The notes under the pieces: generated by a model | What the model saw: the letters and a program-made list of their open reading frames with translations, nothing else | The model's database searches: none | Told to the model about the DNA's origin: nothing | Part shown: positions 17,178 to 27,140 of the stretch, one piece after another | Position numbering within the stretch: position 1 is the stretch's first letter | How the letters are laid out: each line of letters begins with the position of its first letter | NCBI RefSeq assembly: GCF_947036865.1 | Contig: NZ_CAMQSF010000018.1 | Span: forward strand, 976 to 64,975 | Direction of reading: 5' to 3' | From: an uncultured Caulobacter sp. | GTDB taxonomy: Bacteria; Pseudomonadota; Alphaproteobacteria; Caulobacterales; Caulobacteraceae | Length of the DNA: 64,000 nucleotides | Made by a program: the position numbers and the translations under genes

Positions 17178-19031
17178 TTATCCGTCCGTCCACTGGCGGG
17201 CGTCGTGGACGTCCTCGATCTCCAGCTGGACGCCGTTGCGGCCCATGTAATCGTCCGCTTTCAGCTTGCCGGCGATGTCCAGGGTCCCGCCGCCCGCCAG
17301 CAGCCGCTGGCCCAGCGGCGTCTCGGCGCAGCGCCAGGCGACGGCCTTGAGCCGATCGCCGGTGGGCCCGACCAGGTCCAGGCGCACGTGACCGCCCTTC
17401 AGCGCGGAGACGCGATCGGGTCGCACGCCGGTCAGCGCGAACATCGGCTCGGGATTGCCGGGGCCGAACGGCGCCAGGCGCTGGAAATCGTCGAGCAGCG
17501 CGCGATTCGCCGCGCGCGGCTGAAGCAGGGCGTCGATCTCGACCGCCTCGACGCCCACCATCTCCATTTCGTCGGCCAGCCGGGCCTCGAGAAAGGCGCG
17601 GAACTCGGGAATCATCTCGGGGCGGATCGACAGCCCGGCCGCCATGGCGTGGCCGCCGCCGGCCATCAGCAGGCCGGCCTCGAACGCGGCCTGGATCGCG
17701 CGCCCCAGATTGACGCCAGGCTGCGAGCGACCCGAGCCCTTGCCGACATTGGCCGCGCGGTCGATGCCGATCACCACCACCGGCTTGCGATAGCGCTCGC
17801 GCAGGCGGCCGGCGACGATGCCGATCACGCCCGGATGCCAGTCCTCGCCCGCCACCACGATCACCGGCGCGTCGGGGTTGAAATTGCCGCGCTCCAGCAC
17901 CGCCGCCGCGTCCTCGACGACGGCGGCCTCGACCGCCTTGCGCTCGGTGTTGAGGCTGTCGAGCTCCTCGGCCAGCGCCCGCGCCTCCAGCGGATCGTCG
18001 GTCGAAAGCAGGCGCGCCCCGAGATCGGAGCGGCCGATCCGGCCGCCGGCGTTGATGCGCGGCCCCAGGATGAAGCCGGCGTGGAACACCGAGGGCTCGC
18101 CCGAGCCCTTGCCGACCTCGAACAGCGCCTTCAGCCCCGGATTGCCCCACGCGCCCATGGTGCGTAGGCCAAGCTGCGTCAGGGCGCGGTTGAAGCCGAC
18201 CAGCTGGGTGACGTCGCACACCTCGCCCAGCGCCACGAGATCGAGCCATTGGCGCGGATCGGGCTGCGGGCGCTCGTCGCTGAACAGGCCGCGCTTGCGC
18301 GCCTCGCGGTTCAGGGCGGTCAACAGGACGAAGGTCACGCCGGCGGCGGCCAAGACCCCCTGCCCGCTCTGGCACCCGGGACGGTTTGGATTGACGACGG
18401 CGGCGGCGGCCGGCGGATCCTCGCGCATCAGGTGGTGGTCGATGACCACGACCTCCAGGCCGATCTCGGCGGCGCTGGCGATGGCGTCATAGGCCGCGGC
18501 GCCGCAGTCCAGCGTCACCACCAGCTCCGCCCCGCCCTCGCGGATCTTGCGGAAGGCCGCGGGGCTGGGGCCATAGCCCTCGGTCAGGCGGTCTGGGATG
18601 TAGATCGGCAGCTCGACGCCCATGTGGCGGAACCAGCGGACCAGCTGCGCCGCGCTGGTGGCCCCGTCCACGTCATAGTCGGCGAAGACCATGGTCGGCC
18701 GCCCCCGCTCCAGGGCGTCGATCAGGATTTCGGCGGCCCGGTCCATGTCGGTGAAGCTGGACGGATCGGGGAACAGCGCCTTCAAGGTCGGGCGCAGATA
18801 GTGCTCGGCGCTCTCGTGGCACAGCCCGCGCGAGGCCAGCGCCCGCGCCAGGGGCTCGGTCAGTCCATGGCGGTGCTGGATCGCGCGAACGACGGCCGCA
18901 TCGGCCGCCCGCTCGCGCCAGACGCGGCCGCTTAGCGAGCGCTGGACGCCGAGGAAGGCGTCGGAAACGAAGTTGGGAGCGCCATCGGCGGGCATCGTTG
19001 GAGAATAACCGGTCACCGGGATTCGGACCAT
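17178..19031 (-). CDS. recJ: Single-stranded-DNA-specific exonuclease RecJ
   Basis: DHH motifs (VFADYDVDGATSAAQL, VVIDHH) and a DHHA1 region. An alternative ATG at 18995 is possible. Confidence 0.9.
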   Translation of the reverse strand: MVRIPVTGYSPTMPADGAPNFVSDAFLGVQRSLSGRVWRERAADAAVVRAIQHRHGLTEPLARALASRGLCHESAEHYLRPTLKALFPDPSSFTDMDRAAEILIDALERGRPTMVFADYDVDGATSAAQLVRWFRHMGVELPIYIPDRLTEGYGPSPAAFRKIREGGAELVVTLDCGAAAYDAIASAAEIGLEVVVIDHHLMREDPPAAAAVVNPNRPGCQSGQGVLAAAGVTFVLLTALNREARKRGLFSDERPQPDPRQWLDLVALGEVCDVTQLVGFNRALTQLGLRTMGAWGNPGLKALFEVGKGSGEPSVFHAGFILGPRINAGGRIGRSDLGARLLSTDDPLEARALAEELDSLNTERKAVEAAVVEDAAAVLERGNFNPDAPVIVVAGEDWHPGVIGIVAGRLRERYRKPVVVIGIDRAANVGKGSGRSQPGVNLGRAIQAAFEAGLLMAGGGHAMAAGLSIRPEMIPEFRAFLEARLADEMEMVGVEAVEIDALLQPRAANRALLDDFQRLAPFGPGNPEPMFALTGVRPDRVSALKGGHVRLDLVGPTGDRLKAVAWRCAETPLGQRLLAGGGTLDIAGKLKADDYMGRNGVQLEIEDVHDARQWTDG

Positions 19032-19062
19032 GCGCCGGATCGACGTCAGGACCGGACGCAGG

Positions 19063-20040
19063 TCAGCCGGCGATCATTTCCGCCCGCACGATCTCGATCT
19101 CGTTGGCCGAGCCCAGCGCCACGGGCACGCGCTGGTGCAGCTTGGTCGGCTGAAGGTCCAGCATGTCCTCGGCGCCCTGGATCGACCGGCCGCCGGCCCG
19201 CTCGACCAGCAGGCTCATCGGATTGGCCTCGTACATCAGCCGCAGCTTGCCGGGCTTGTCCGGCTCACGGGCGTCCCAGGGATAGAGGAAGACGCCGCCG
19301 CGCATCATGATGCGGTGGACGTCGGCCACCATCGAGGCGACCCAGCGCATGTTGAAGTTCTTGCCGCGCGGCCCGTCCTTGCCCTTCAGGCAGCCGTCGA
19401 TGTAGCGGCGCACCGGCTCGGCCCAGTGGCGCTGGTTCGACATGTTGATCGCGAACTCGGCCGTGTCGGCCTTGATGCTCAGGTTCGGATGGGTCAGCCG
19501 CCACTGGCCCTCGGCGTCCAGCGTGAAGCCGTCGACGCCGCCCGACAGGGTCAGGACCAGCATGGTCTGCGGGCCATAGACCGCATAGCCGGCCGCGACC
19601 TGGTTTCGGCCCGGCTGAAGGAAGTCGCCTTCCGTCGGCGCATGGTCGACGGGCGCCGGCAGCACCGAGAAGATCGTGCCGACCGAAACATTGACGTCGA
19701 TATTGCTGGAGCCGTCCAGCGGATCGAAGGTGACGAGATAGCCGCTGACGCGGCCCGTCGGCTCGACCTCTTCCATCTCCTCCGAAGCCAGGCCCGCCAC
19801 CGGCGCGCAGGCCTTCAGGGCGTCGCTGAGCATGTCGTTGGTGATGACGTCGAGCTTCTTCTGCTCCTCGTCCTGGACATTGGTGCTGCCCGCCGCGCCC
19901 AGGCTGCCCGACAAGGCGCCCGCGGCCACGACGCGGCTGATCCGGGCGCACGTCGCCGCGATGGTCAGGACGACGTCCTTGAGCGCGGCGTCGGCCGGCT
20001 CGGCCGCGAGCCGGGCGGCCAGGTCGACAAAGGGGGTCAT
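19063..20040 (-). CDS. fbp: Fructose-1,6-bisphosphatase class I
   Basis: [47 protein letters not shown] matches Fbp signature regions. Confidence 0.9.
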   Translation of the reverse strand: MTPFVDLAARLAAEPADAALKDVVLTIAATCARISRVVAAGALSGSLGAAGSTNVQDEEQKKLDVITNDMLSDALKACAPVAGLASEEMEEVEPTGRVSGYLVTFDPLDGSSNIDVNVSVGTIFSVLPAPVDHAPTEGDFLQPGRNQVAAGYAVYGPQTMLVLTLSGGVDGFTLDAEGQWRLTHPNLSIKADTAEFAINMSNQRHWAEPVRRYIDGCLKGKDGPRGKNFNMRWVASMVADVHRIMMRGGVFLYPWDAREPDKPGKLRLMYEANPMSLLVERAGGRSIQGAEDMLDLQPTKLHQRVPVALGSANEIEIVRAEMIAG

Positions 20041-20101
20041 GCTTATCCTTGAACCGAGAGCGAGGCGGCCGCCTTTATACGGCCGGCGTGACAGCCAGGT
20101 C

Positions 20102-21055
20102 TCAAACCTTCCGCTTCATGCGAACTTCGCGGACCGTGCCCGTCGAGGAGTTCATCACCAGCGTATGGGTGTGGACGCAGCCGTCGCGGAAGATCACGCC
20201 GTCCAGCAGACCGCCGCGCGTCACGCCGGTGGCGGCGAAGATCGCCTCGTCGCGAACGATCTCGTGCAGATCGTACTTCTTGTCCAGCTCGACGATGCCC
20301 CAGCGCGTGGCGCGGGCGCGCTCGTCGGCGTTGCGGAACAGCAGCCGGCCCTGGAACTGGCCGCCGACGCACTTCAGCGCCGCGCAGGCCAGAACGCCCT
20401 CGGGCGCGCCGCCGGAGCCCAGATAGAGGTCTATGCCGGTCGAGGGATCGGCCGTGTTGATCACCCCGGCCACGTCGCCGTCGGTGATCAGATGCACGCG
20501 CGCGCCCACCGAACGGACGCCGGCGATGATCTCGGCGTGGCGGGGCCGATCGAGCACGCAGACGGTGATCTCGGACGCCGGAACGCCCTTGGCTTCGGCC
20601 AGCGCCTTGACGTTGTCGGCGGGCGAGCGGTCGAGGTCGATGACCCCCGCCGGGAGGCCCGGCCCGCAGGCGATCTTGTCCATATAGGTGTCGGGCGCGT
20701 TCAGCAGCGTGCCCTTCGGCGCCCAGGCCATCACCGTAAGGGCGTTGGGCTGGGACTTGGCCGCCAGGGTCGTGCCCTCCAGCGGATCCAGGGCGATGTC
20801 GATCTTGGGACCTTTGCCCGTGCCGACCTTCTCGCCGATATAGAGCATCGGCGCCTCGTCGCGCTCGCCCTCGCCGATGACGATTTCGCCGTCGATGTTC
20901 AGCTCGTTGAGGGCGTTGCGCATGGCGTCGACGGCGGCCTGGTCGGCGGCCATCTCGTCGCCCCGCCCCAGCATCGTCCACGAGGCGATGGCGGCGGCCT
21001 CGGTCACGCGAACGGCGTCCAGGACCAGGGAACGGTCCAGGGTGTTCGAACTCAT
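20102..21055 (-). CDS. glpX: Fructose-1,6-bisphosphatase class II (GlpX)
   Basis: [61 protein letters not shown] closely parallels E. coli GlpX. Confidence 0.9.
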   Translation of the reverse strand: MSSNTLDRSLVLDAVRVTEAAAIASWTMLGRGDEMAADQAAVDAMRNALNELNIDGEIVIGEGERDEAPMLYIGEKVGTGKGPKIDIALDPLEGTTLAAKSQPNALTVMAWAPKGTLLNAPDTYMDKIACGPGLPAGVIDLDRSPADNVKALAEAKGVPASEITVCVLDRPRHAEIIAGVRSVGARVHLITDGDVAGVINTADPSTGIDLYLGSGGAPEGVLACAALKCVGGQFQGRLLFRNADERARATRWGIVELDKKYDLHEIVRDEAIFAATGVTRGGLLDGVIFRDGCVHTHTLVMNSSTGTVREVRMKRKV

Positions 21056-21130
21056 CCGTCTCTCCCGACCTCCCGGGACGCGGAAGGCCTGTTTCCCAAT
21101 GTCGCCTTCGAGGCCGGCTTTTCCCGGTCG

Positions 21131-22420
21131 TTAGATGCGCGCGACGCGCAGAAGGCGGGGACGCTCTAGCACGGTCTGCAGCTTTTCGATGCGGCTAATC
21201 GCATCCAGCAGGTTGGATTCCGGCGTCGCATGGGTAACGAGCACGATCGGCACCCCGCCCGCTCCTTCCACGGGCTTTTGCAGGAAGGCGTCGATCGAAA
21301 CCGCGCATTCGGCCAAGGTTTCGGAGATGGCGGCGATCACGCCCGGCTGATCCTTGGCCATGATCCGCAGATAGGCCTTGCCCACCGCGCGGGCCGGGTC
21401 AATGGCGATGAAGGGCTTCAGCGCGCCCGCCGGGGCCTGGAACACCGGGCGCTGGGCGTTGGTCATCACGTCGGCGATGTCGGCGGCGACGGCGGCGGCC
21501 GTGGGCCCCGCGCCCGCGCCCGCCCCTTGGATAAAGATCCGGCCGATCCGCTTGCCCTCGATGAACAGCGCGTTCAGCGCGCCGCCCGCCTGGGCCAGAG
21601 GATGGTCCAGCGGGGCCAGCGACGGATGCACCTTCACCGCCACGCCATCCTCGGTCTTGGCCGCGCTGGCCACCAGCTTGATGCGGTAGCCCAGGTCCTT
21701 GGCCAGCTTGATGTCGAGCAGTTCGACGTCGCTGATGCCCTCGATCTCGGCGGCCGCGAAGTTCGGCGCGCAGCCGAAGGCCAGGGCCGCCAGGATGCTG
21801 ATCTTGTGGCCGGCGTCGAAGCCGCCGACATCGGTGGTCGGGTCGGCCTCGGCATAGCCCAGGCCCTGGGCCTCGCGCAGCACGTCGGCGAACGAGCGGC
21901 CGGTCTTCTCCATCTCGGTCAGGATGTAGTTGCAGGTGCCGTTGAGAATGCCGGCCACCGAGGCGACGTCATCGCCGACCATCGCCTCGCGCAGCATCTT
22001 CACCGCCGGCGTGCCGCCCATCACGGCGGCCTCGAACAGCAGCGGGACGCCTTGCGATTCCGCCAGGGCCGCCAGTTCGGCGCCGTGCACCGCGATCAGG
22101 GCCTTGTTGGCGGTGACCACCGGCTTGCCGGCCTTGAGCGCCGTCTCGACGGCGGCCTTGGCGGGGCCGTCGCTGCCGCCGATCAGCTCGACGAACAGAT
22201 CGATGTCCGGCGAGGCCGCCAGGGCCACCGGGTCGTCGAACCAGGCGAGGCTCGAGATATCGACCGGACGCGCGCGCGTCTTGTTGCGGGCCGAGACGGC
22301 GGTGATCACGGCCCGGCCGCCGGCCGGCGCGAAGTCCGGACGCTCGGCGAGGAATTGCAGCAAGCCGCCGCCGACGGTGCCCAGGCCCGCGACGCCGACG
22401 CGCCAGGTCTTGTTGGTCAT
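21131..22420 (-). CDS. hom: Homoserine dehydrogenase
   Basis: N-terminal Rossmann motif VGVAGLGTVGGG, catalytic domain, and C-terminal ACT-like domain. Confidence 0.9.
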   Translation of the reverse strand: MTNKTWRVGVAGLGTVGGGLLQFLAERPDFAPAGGRAVITAVSARNKTRARPVDISSLAWFDDPVALAASPDIDLFVELIGGSDGPAKAAVETALKAGKPVVTANKALIAVHGAELAALAESQGVPLLFEAAVMGGTPAVKMLREAMVGDDVASVAGILNGTCNYILTEMEKTGRSFADVLREAQGLGYAEADPTTDVGGFDAGHKISILAALAFGCAPNFAAAEIEGISDVELLDIKLAKDLGYRIKLVASAAKTEDGVAVKVHPSLAPLDHPLAQAGGALNALFIEGKRIGRIFIQGAGAGAGPTAAAVAADIADVMTNAQRPVFQAPAGALKPFIAIDPARAVGKAYLRIMAKDQPGVIAAISETLAECAVSIDAFLQKPVEGAGGVPIVLVTHATPESNLLDAISRIEKLQTVLERPRLLRVARI

Positions 22421-22444
22421 CTCGAAATCCCCGGTCGAACGGCT

Positions 22445-23665
22445 CTAGGCCTGTTCCATCTTGTTGTGCGCCTTGGCCAGGATGGAATCGGCGTTGGCGA
22501 TGAATTTCTTCACGTTGCGCGCGGCCTGGCGGATGCGGTGCTCGTTCTCCACGAGACCGATGCGGACATAGCCTTCGCCGTACTCGCCAAAGCCGATGCC
22601 CGGCGCGACGGCGACGCCGGCCTCCTCGATCAGCAGGCGCGAGAACAGCATCGAGCCCGCCTCGCGGTAGGCCTCCGGGATCTTGGCCCAGGCGAACATC
22701 GAGGCCGGCGGGTTGGGAATGTCCCAGCCGGCGGCGGCCATCGACTTGATCAGGGTGTCGCGGCGGCTCTTGTAAATGCCGCGGATCTCGTCGACGCAGT
22801 CCTGCGGCCCGTTCAGCGCCGCGGCGGCCGCCACCTGCACCGGCGTGTAGGCGCCGTAGTCGAGATAGGACTTCACCCGCGCCAGCGCCGCGCAGATGCG
22901 GCTGTTGCCGACCACCATGCCCACGCGCCAGCCGGCCATGGCGTAGGTCTTGGACAGCGAATTGACCTCGACCGCGATGTCCTTGGCGCCGTCAACCTGC
23001 AGCACCGACGGCGGCGGGTTGTTGTCGAAATAGATCTCGCCATAGGCCACGTCGCTGATGACCAGCAGGTCGTGCTTCTTGGCCAGGGCGACGGCGTCCT
23101 TGTAGAAGTCGAGGCCGACCCACTGGGCGGTCGGGTTCGACGGATAGGACAGGATCATCACCGACGGCGGCGGCACCGAGTGCTTCACCGCGCGGCTGAT
23201 GTTGGACAGATAGTCCTCGGGCGACAGGGCCGGCACGTGGCGGATGATGCCGCCGGCCATGATGAAGCCGAAGGCGTGGATCGGATAGGCCGGGTTCGGG
23301 CAGATGATCACGTCGCCCGGCCCGGTCAGCGCCTGGGCCAGGTTGGCGAAGCCTTCCTTGGAGCCCAGGGTGGCGATCACCTCGGTGTCGGGGTTCAGCT
23401 TCACCCCGAAGCGGCGGCCGTAATAGTTGGCCATGGCCTTGCGCAGGCCCGGAATGCCCTTGGAGGCGGAGTAGCGGCCGGCCTTGGGGTCGCGCGCGGT
23501 CTCGATCAGCTTCTCGACGATGTGCGGCGGGGTCGGCATGTCGGGATTGCCCATGCCGAAGTCGATGATGTCGACGCCTTCGGCGCGAAGGCGCGCCTTG
23601 ATCCGGTTGACCTCCTCGAAAACATAGGGCGGGAGGCGGCGAATACGGTGAAAATCGGTGCTCAT
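22445..23665 (-). CDS. PLP-dependent aminotransferase class I/II (AlaC / LL-DAP-aminotransferase-like)
   Basis: ORF trimmed to ATG 23665: MSTDFHRIRRLPPYVFEEVNRIKARLRAEGVDIIDFGMGNPDMPTP. The SLSKTY motif carries the PLP lysine. Confidence 0.85.
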   Translation of the reverse strand: MSTDFHRIRRLPPYVFEEVNRIKARLRAEGVDIIDFGMGNPDMPTPPHIVEKLIETARDPKAGRYSASKGIPGLRKAMANYYGRRFGVKLNPDTEVIATLGSKEGFANLAQALTGPGDVIICPNPAYPIHAFGFIMAGGIIRHVPALSPEDYLSNISRAVKHSVPPPSVMILSYPSNPTAQWVGLDFYKDAVALAKKHDLLVISDVAYGEIYFDNNPPPSVLQVDGAKDIAVEVNSLSKTYAMAGWRVGMVVGNSRICAALARVKSYLDYGAYTPVQVAAAAALNGPQDCVDEIRGIYKSRRDTLIKSMAAAGWDIPNPPASMFAWAKIPEAYREAGSMLFSRLLIEEAGVAVAPGIGFGEYGEGYVRIGLVENEHRIRQAARNVKKFIANADSILAKAHNKMEQA

Positions 23666-23774
23666 GAGGGCTCTGTGCGCCGCATCGGCGCTCTGGGAGC
23701 GAAAAGTCGGGCATGGATAGACCCCCAGCGGGGCCAAGCCAAGCCAGCTACGGGAAGATTATGCCTCCGTCGCC

Positions 23775-24215
23775 CTATTGGGGCCGTGACGGAGGCGCGC
23801 TAGCTCGGCTGCGGAGGGCGCGCGCGAAGGCTTCGCTTTCCGCGCGCTCGGCGTCGGTCGGCGCCTGCAGGGCGGCGGGATTGGCGTCGCGACGCGCCTT
23901 GGCCGCGTAGGCCTCGGTGTCCTTCAGCTCCCAGGTGTTCGGCGCCACGGCCTTGGTCAGGGCCTCGCCGGCGACCTGCTGCTGAGCGACGGCGGCGCGG
24001 ATCTGGGCCGCGGTCGGTACGTCCTTCGGCACGGGGGGGATCTCGGAGAACTTCCGATGCGTCCCCCGGGTCTTGGCCGCGGCGTTCACGGAAGCGGCGA
24101 TCGGCGAGCTGGGATCGACCGGGGCCGTCGAGAACGGGGTCGCGCACGCGGTCGCCCCGACGGCCAAGCCGACGATCAGGCCAACACGTACGATTTTGCG
24201 GGTTTCGCCGTTCAT
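23775..24215 (-). CDS. Hypothetical small exported protein (possible lipoprotein)
   Basis: I consider only the C-terminal 146 aa of ORF 23775..24836 real: MNGETRKIVRVGLIVGLAVGATACATP... The upstream part is antisense to phaC. Confidence 0.55.
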   Translation of the reverse strand: MNGETRKIVRVGLIVGLAVGATACATPFSTAPVDPSSPIAASVNAAAKTRGTHRKFSEIPPVPKDVPTAAQIRAAVAQQQVAGEALTKAVAPNTWELKDTEAYAAKARRDANPAALQAPTDAERAESEAFARALRSRASAPPSRPQ

Positions 24216-24306
24216 TGGTTCTGGTCTTATGCGATGATCGCGGCGAGCGAAAGGCGTCCAGCGCGGCTTTTCGCGATCAAGATAAGGGACAAGCGGAGGA
24301 AACCCC

Positions 24307-26301
24307 ATGGCCACGGCGAAGGCCGCTTCCAAGCCCCGGAAAAAGGCCGCTTCGACGGCGGAGTCCGCTGAACCCAAGGCCAAGGCCGCGCCAAAGGAAG
24401 CGCCTCGGACGACCAAGGCCAAGGCGGAGCCGCCGCCCGTCGAGCCGCCCCCGAAGACCGAATCAACCGCGACGGGCCGTGAATCGCATGGCGCGGTCCC
24501 GCCCTTCGCCCCGATGCTGACGCCCGACCAGTTGAAGATGGTCGAGACGCTGTCGGCCAATCTCGCCCGCGCGGCGGTGACCGCCCAGGGCGCGATCGCC
24601 GAGGCGGCCCTGCGCCAGGCCGACCGCCCCGCCGCCCTGACGCCCGATCCCTTCCATGTCGCCCCGGCCCTGAACGAGGTGGTGGCGCGCCTGGCCGCCC
24701 AGCCCGACCGGCTGATGCGGGCCCAGGCCGACCTCTTTGGCCAGTACATGGACCTCTGGCAGGCGACCGCGCGACGCGCCGCCGGCGAGGAAGTGGCCCC
24801 CGTGGTCGCCCCGGCGGCCGGCGACAAGCGCTTCAACGATCCGGACTGGGCGTCGAACCCGATGTTCGACCTGATGAAGCAGTCCTATCTCCTGTCCTCG
24901 AACTGGCTGAACAACCTGGTGGCCGAGGTCGACGGCGTCGATCCGGCCACCAAGCGCCGCGTCGAGTTCTTCACCAAGATGCTGACCGACGCCTTCTCGC
25001 CGTCGAACTTCCTGATCTCCAACCCCGCCGCCCTGCGCGAGGTGGTGCAGACCCAGGGCGAAAGCCTGGTCAAGGGCATGGAGAACTTCGCCGCCGACCT
25101 CGAGCGCGGCGGCGGCCAGCTGGCGATCAGCCAGACGGACCTGGCCAAGTTCAAGGTCGGCGAGAACGTCGCCACCGCGCCGGGCAAGGTCGTCTATCAG
25201 AACGACATCCTGCAGCTCCTGCAGTTCAACCCGACCACCGAGACGGTCCGCGAGATCCCGCTGCTGATCTTTCCGCCGTGGATCAACAAGTTCTACATCC
25301 TGGATCTGCGCCCCGAGAACTCGATGATCCGCTGGCTGACGGGCCAGGGCTTCACCGTGTTCGTCGCCTCGTGGGTCAATCCCGACCAGACGCTGGCCGC
25401 CAAGACCTTCGAGAACTACATGTTCGAGGGGATCTACGACGCGACCCAGCAGGTGATGACCCAGTGCGGCGTTGATCGGGTCAATACCGTCGGCTACTGC
25501 ATCGGCGGCACCTTGCTGTCGGTCGCCCTGGCCCACATGGCCGCGCGCGGCGACAGGCGGATCAATGCGGCCACCTTCTTCGCCGCCCAACAGGACTTCG
25601 CCGAGGCCGGCGATCTGCTGCTGTTCACCAACGAGGAATGGCTGCAATCCATCGAAAAGCAGATGGACCAGGCGGGCGGCTTCCTGCCCAGCCAGTCTAT
25701 GGCCGACACCTTCAACGCGCTGCGCGGCAACGACCTGATCTGGTCGTTCTTCGTCAGCAACTATCTGATGGGCAAGGAGCCGCGGCCCTTCGACCTCTTG
25801 TTCTGGAACGCCGACCAGACGCGGATGCCCAAGGCGCTGCACCTGTTCTATCTGCGCAACTTCTACAAGGACAACGCCCTGACGACGGGCAAGCTGGACC
25901 TGGGCGGCGAGCACCTGGATCTCTCCAAGGTCACGATCCCGATCTACGTCCAGTCGTCTAAGGACGACCACATCGCGCCCTATCGCAGCGTCTATCGCGG
26001 CGCCAAGGCCTTCGGCGGTCCTGTGACCTTCACCATGGCCGGCTCGGGCCACATCGCCGGCGTGATCAATCACCCGGACGCCAGGAAGTACCAGCACTGG
26101 ACCAACGAGGCGCTGCCGGCGGAAGTCGGCCAGTGGATCGCCGGCGCGACCGAGCACCCGGGCTCGTGGTGGCCGCACTGGGCGGCGTGGCTCAAGGCCC
26201 GCTCGGGCGACGAGGTCCCGGCGCGCGACCCCGCCAAGGGCCCGCTGAAGCCGCTGGAGGACGCGCCGGGCTCTTTCGTGCTTGTGAAGTCACAGGCCTA
26301 G
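24307..26301 (+). CDS. phaC: Class I poly(R)-hydroxyalkanoate synthase
   Basis: Lipase-box-like GYCIGGTLL, PhaC N-terminal and alpha/beta hydrolase regions. GGAGGA lies 6 nt before the ATG at 24307. Confidence 0.9.
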   Translation: MATAKAASKPRKKAASTAESAEPKAKAAPKEAPRTTKAKAEPPPVEPPPKTESTATGRESHGAVPPFAPMLTPDQLKMVETLSANLARAAVTAQGAIAEAALRQADRPAALTPDPFHVAPALNEVVARLAAQPDRLMRAQADLFGQYMDLWQATARRAAGEEVAPVVAPAAGDKRFNDPDWASNPMFDLMKQSYLLSSNWLNNLVAEVDGVDPATKRRVEFFTKMLTDAFSPSNFLISNPAALREVVQTQGESLVKGMENFAADLERGGGQLAISQTDLAKFKVGENVATAPGKVVYQNDILQLLQFNPTTETVREIPLLIFPPWINKFYILDLRPENSMIRWLTGQGFTVFVASWVNPDQTLAAKTFENYMFEGIYDATQQVMTQCGVDRVNTVGYCIGGTLLSVALAHMAARGDRRINAATFFAAQQDFAEAGDLLLFTNEEWLQSIEKQMDQAGGFLPSQSMADTFNALRGNDLIWSFFVSNYLMGKEPRPFDLLFWNADQTRMPKALHLFYLRNFYKDNALTTGKLDLGGEHLDLSKVTIPIYVQSSKDDHIAPYRSVYRGAKAFGGPVTFTMAGSGHIAGVINHPDARKYQHWTNEALPAEVGQWIAGATEHPGSWWPHWAAWLKARSGDEVPARDPAKGPLKPLEDAPGSFVLVKSQA

Positions 26302-26367
26302 ACTTCCTCGCCTGATCGACCGCCGTTCGCCCAAATCCCGCCACGAGCGCGGCGGAGCTTCCGCGCC

Positions 26368-27000
26368 ATGCTCACGCTTGACCGCAGGACCACGCTCGGG
26401 ATGTTCGTCGCGACGCCGTTCATGGCGGGCGCGAACCCCAGCCACGCGCTGATCCCGGACGCCGGTCGCAAGCTGGCGGCGGCGGCGCGGGAACAGGTCG
26501 GCGTCACGGTCGACTACGATCCCAGCTACCGCAATATCGGCTATCCGAACGGCGACGTGCTGCGCACCAGCGGCGTCTGCTCCGACGTGCTGGTCCGCGC
26601 CGCCCGCGACGCCTGGGACATCGACCTGCAGCGGCGCGTGCACGAGGACATGGTCAAGGCGTTCGAGGCCTATCCCTCGCGGCGGGAATGGGGGCTGACC
26701 AAGCCGGACGCCAATATCGACCACCGGCGGGTGCTGAATCTCGAGACCTTCCTGGCGCGCCAGGGCGCCAGCCTGCCCCTGCCCCCGCCCCGCCCTCTCG
26801 GCGGCGACGCGTTCGACGCGCCGGAGCCCGGCGACGTCCTGACCTGGCGCCTGGCGGGCGGACGGCCGCACCTGGGCGTCGTGGTCGACGGCCCCAAGCA
26901 CGCCCACGTGGCGCACAACATCGGCTACGGCGTCCGCGAGGAGCCGCTGTGGATGTTCAAGCTGCACAGGACCGCCGGTCACTACCGCTGGCGGGTGTGA
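26368..27000 (+). CDS. DUF1287 domain-containing protein
   Basis: VDYDPSYRNIGYPNGDVLRTSGVCSDVLVRAARDAWDIDLQ..PDANIDHRRVLNLETFLARQG matches the DUF1287 pattern. Confidence 0.8.
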   Translation: MLTLDRRTTLGMFVATPFMAGANPSHALIPDAGRKLAAAAREQVGVTVDYDPSYRNIGYPNGDVLRTSGVCSDVLVRAARDAWDIDLQRRVHEDMVKAFEAYPSRREWGLTKPDANIDHRRVLNLETFLARQGASLPLPPPRPLGGDAFDAPEPGDVLTWRLAGGRPHLGVVVDGPKHAHVAHNIGYGVREEPLWMFKLHRTAGHYRWRV

Positions 27001-27052
27001 GGGCCCGTCCTCGCCCGGAGTTCATCCTCGGGCCGACCTGCGGTCGGACCCA

Positions 27053-27128
27053 GGGGACAAGCTCAGGTGAGGACTACTTTCGCGGCGTTCAGTAGCATAC
27101 CTCACCCTGAGCCTGTCGAAGGGCGAGG
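27053..27128. repeat. Palindromic intergenic repeat element (REP/MITE-like), copy A
   Basis: Right arm cctcaccctgagcctgtcgaagggcgagg (27100-27128) is the exact reverse complement of 60000-60028. Left arm (27053-27072) is a degenerate partner. Lies between convergent genes. Confidence 0.7.
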
Positions 27129-27140
27129 TATGCGGCCCCT

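Noticed and set aside
21230-23803. 857-aa plus-strand ORF
   Set aside because: It is antisense to hom and the aminotransferase gene. Its composition is artefact-like.
24463-26178. 571-aa minus-strand ORF and the N-terminal 207 aa of ORF 23775..24836
   Set aside because: Both are antisense to phaC. Only the 146-aa C-terminal part of 23775..24836, which starts at an ATG with a signal-like sequence, was kept.
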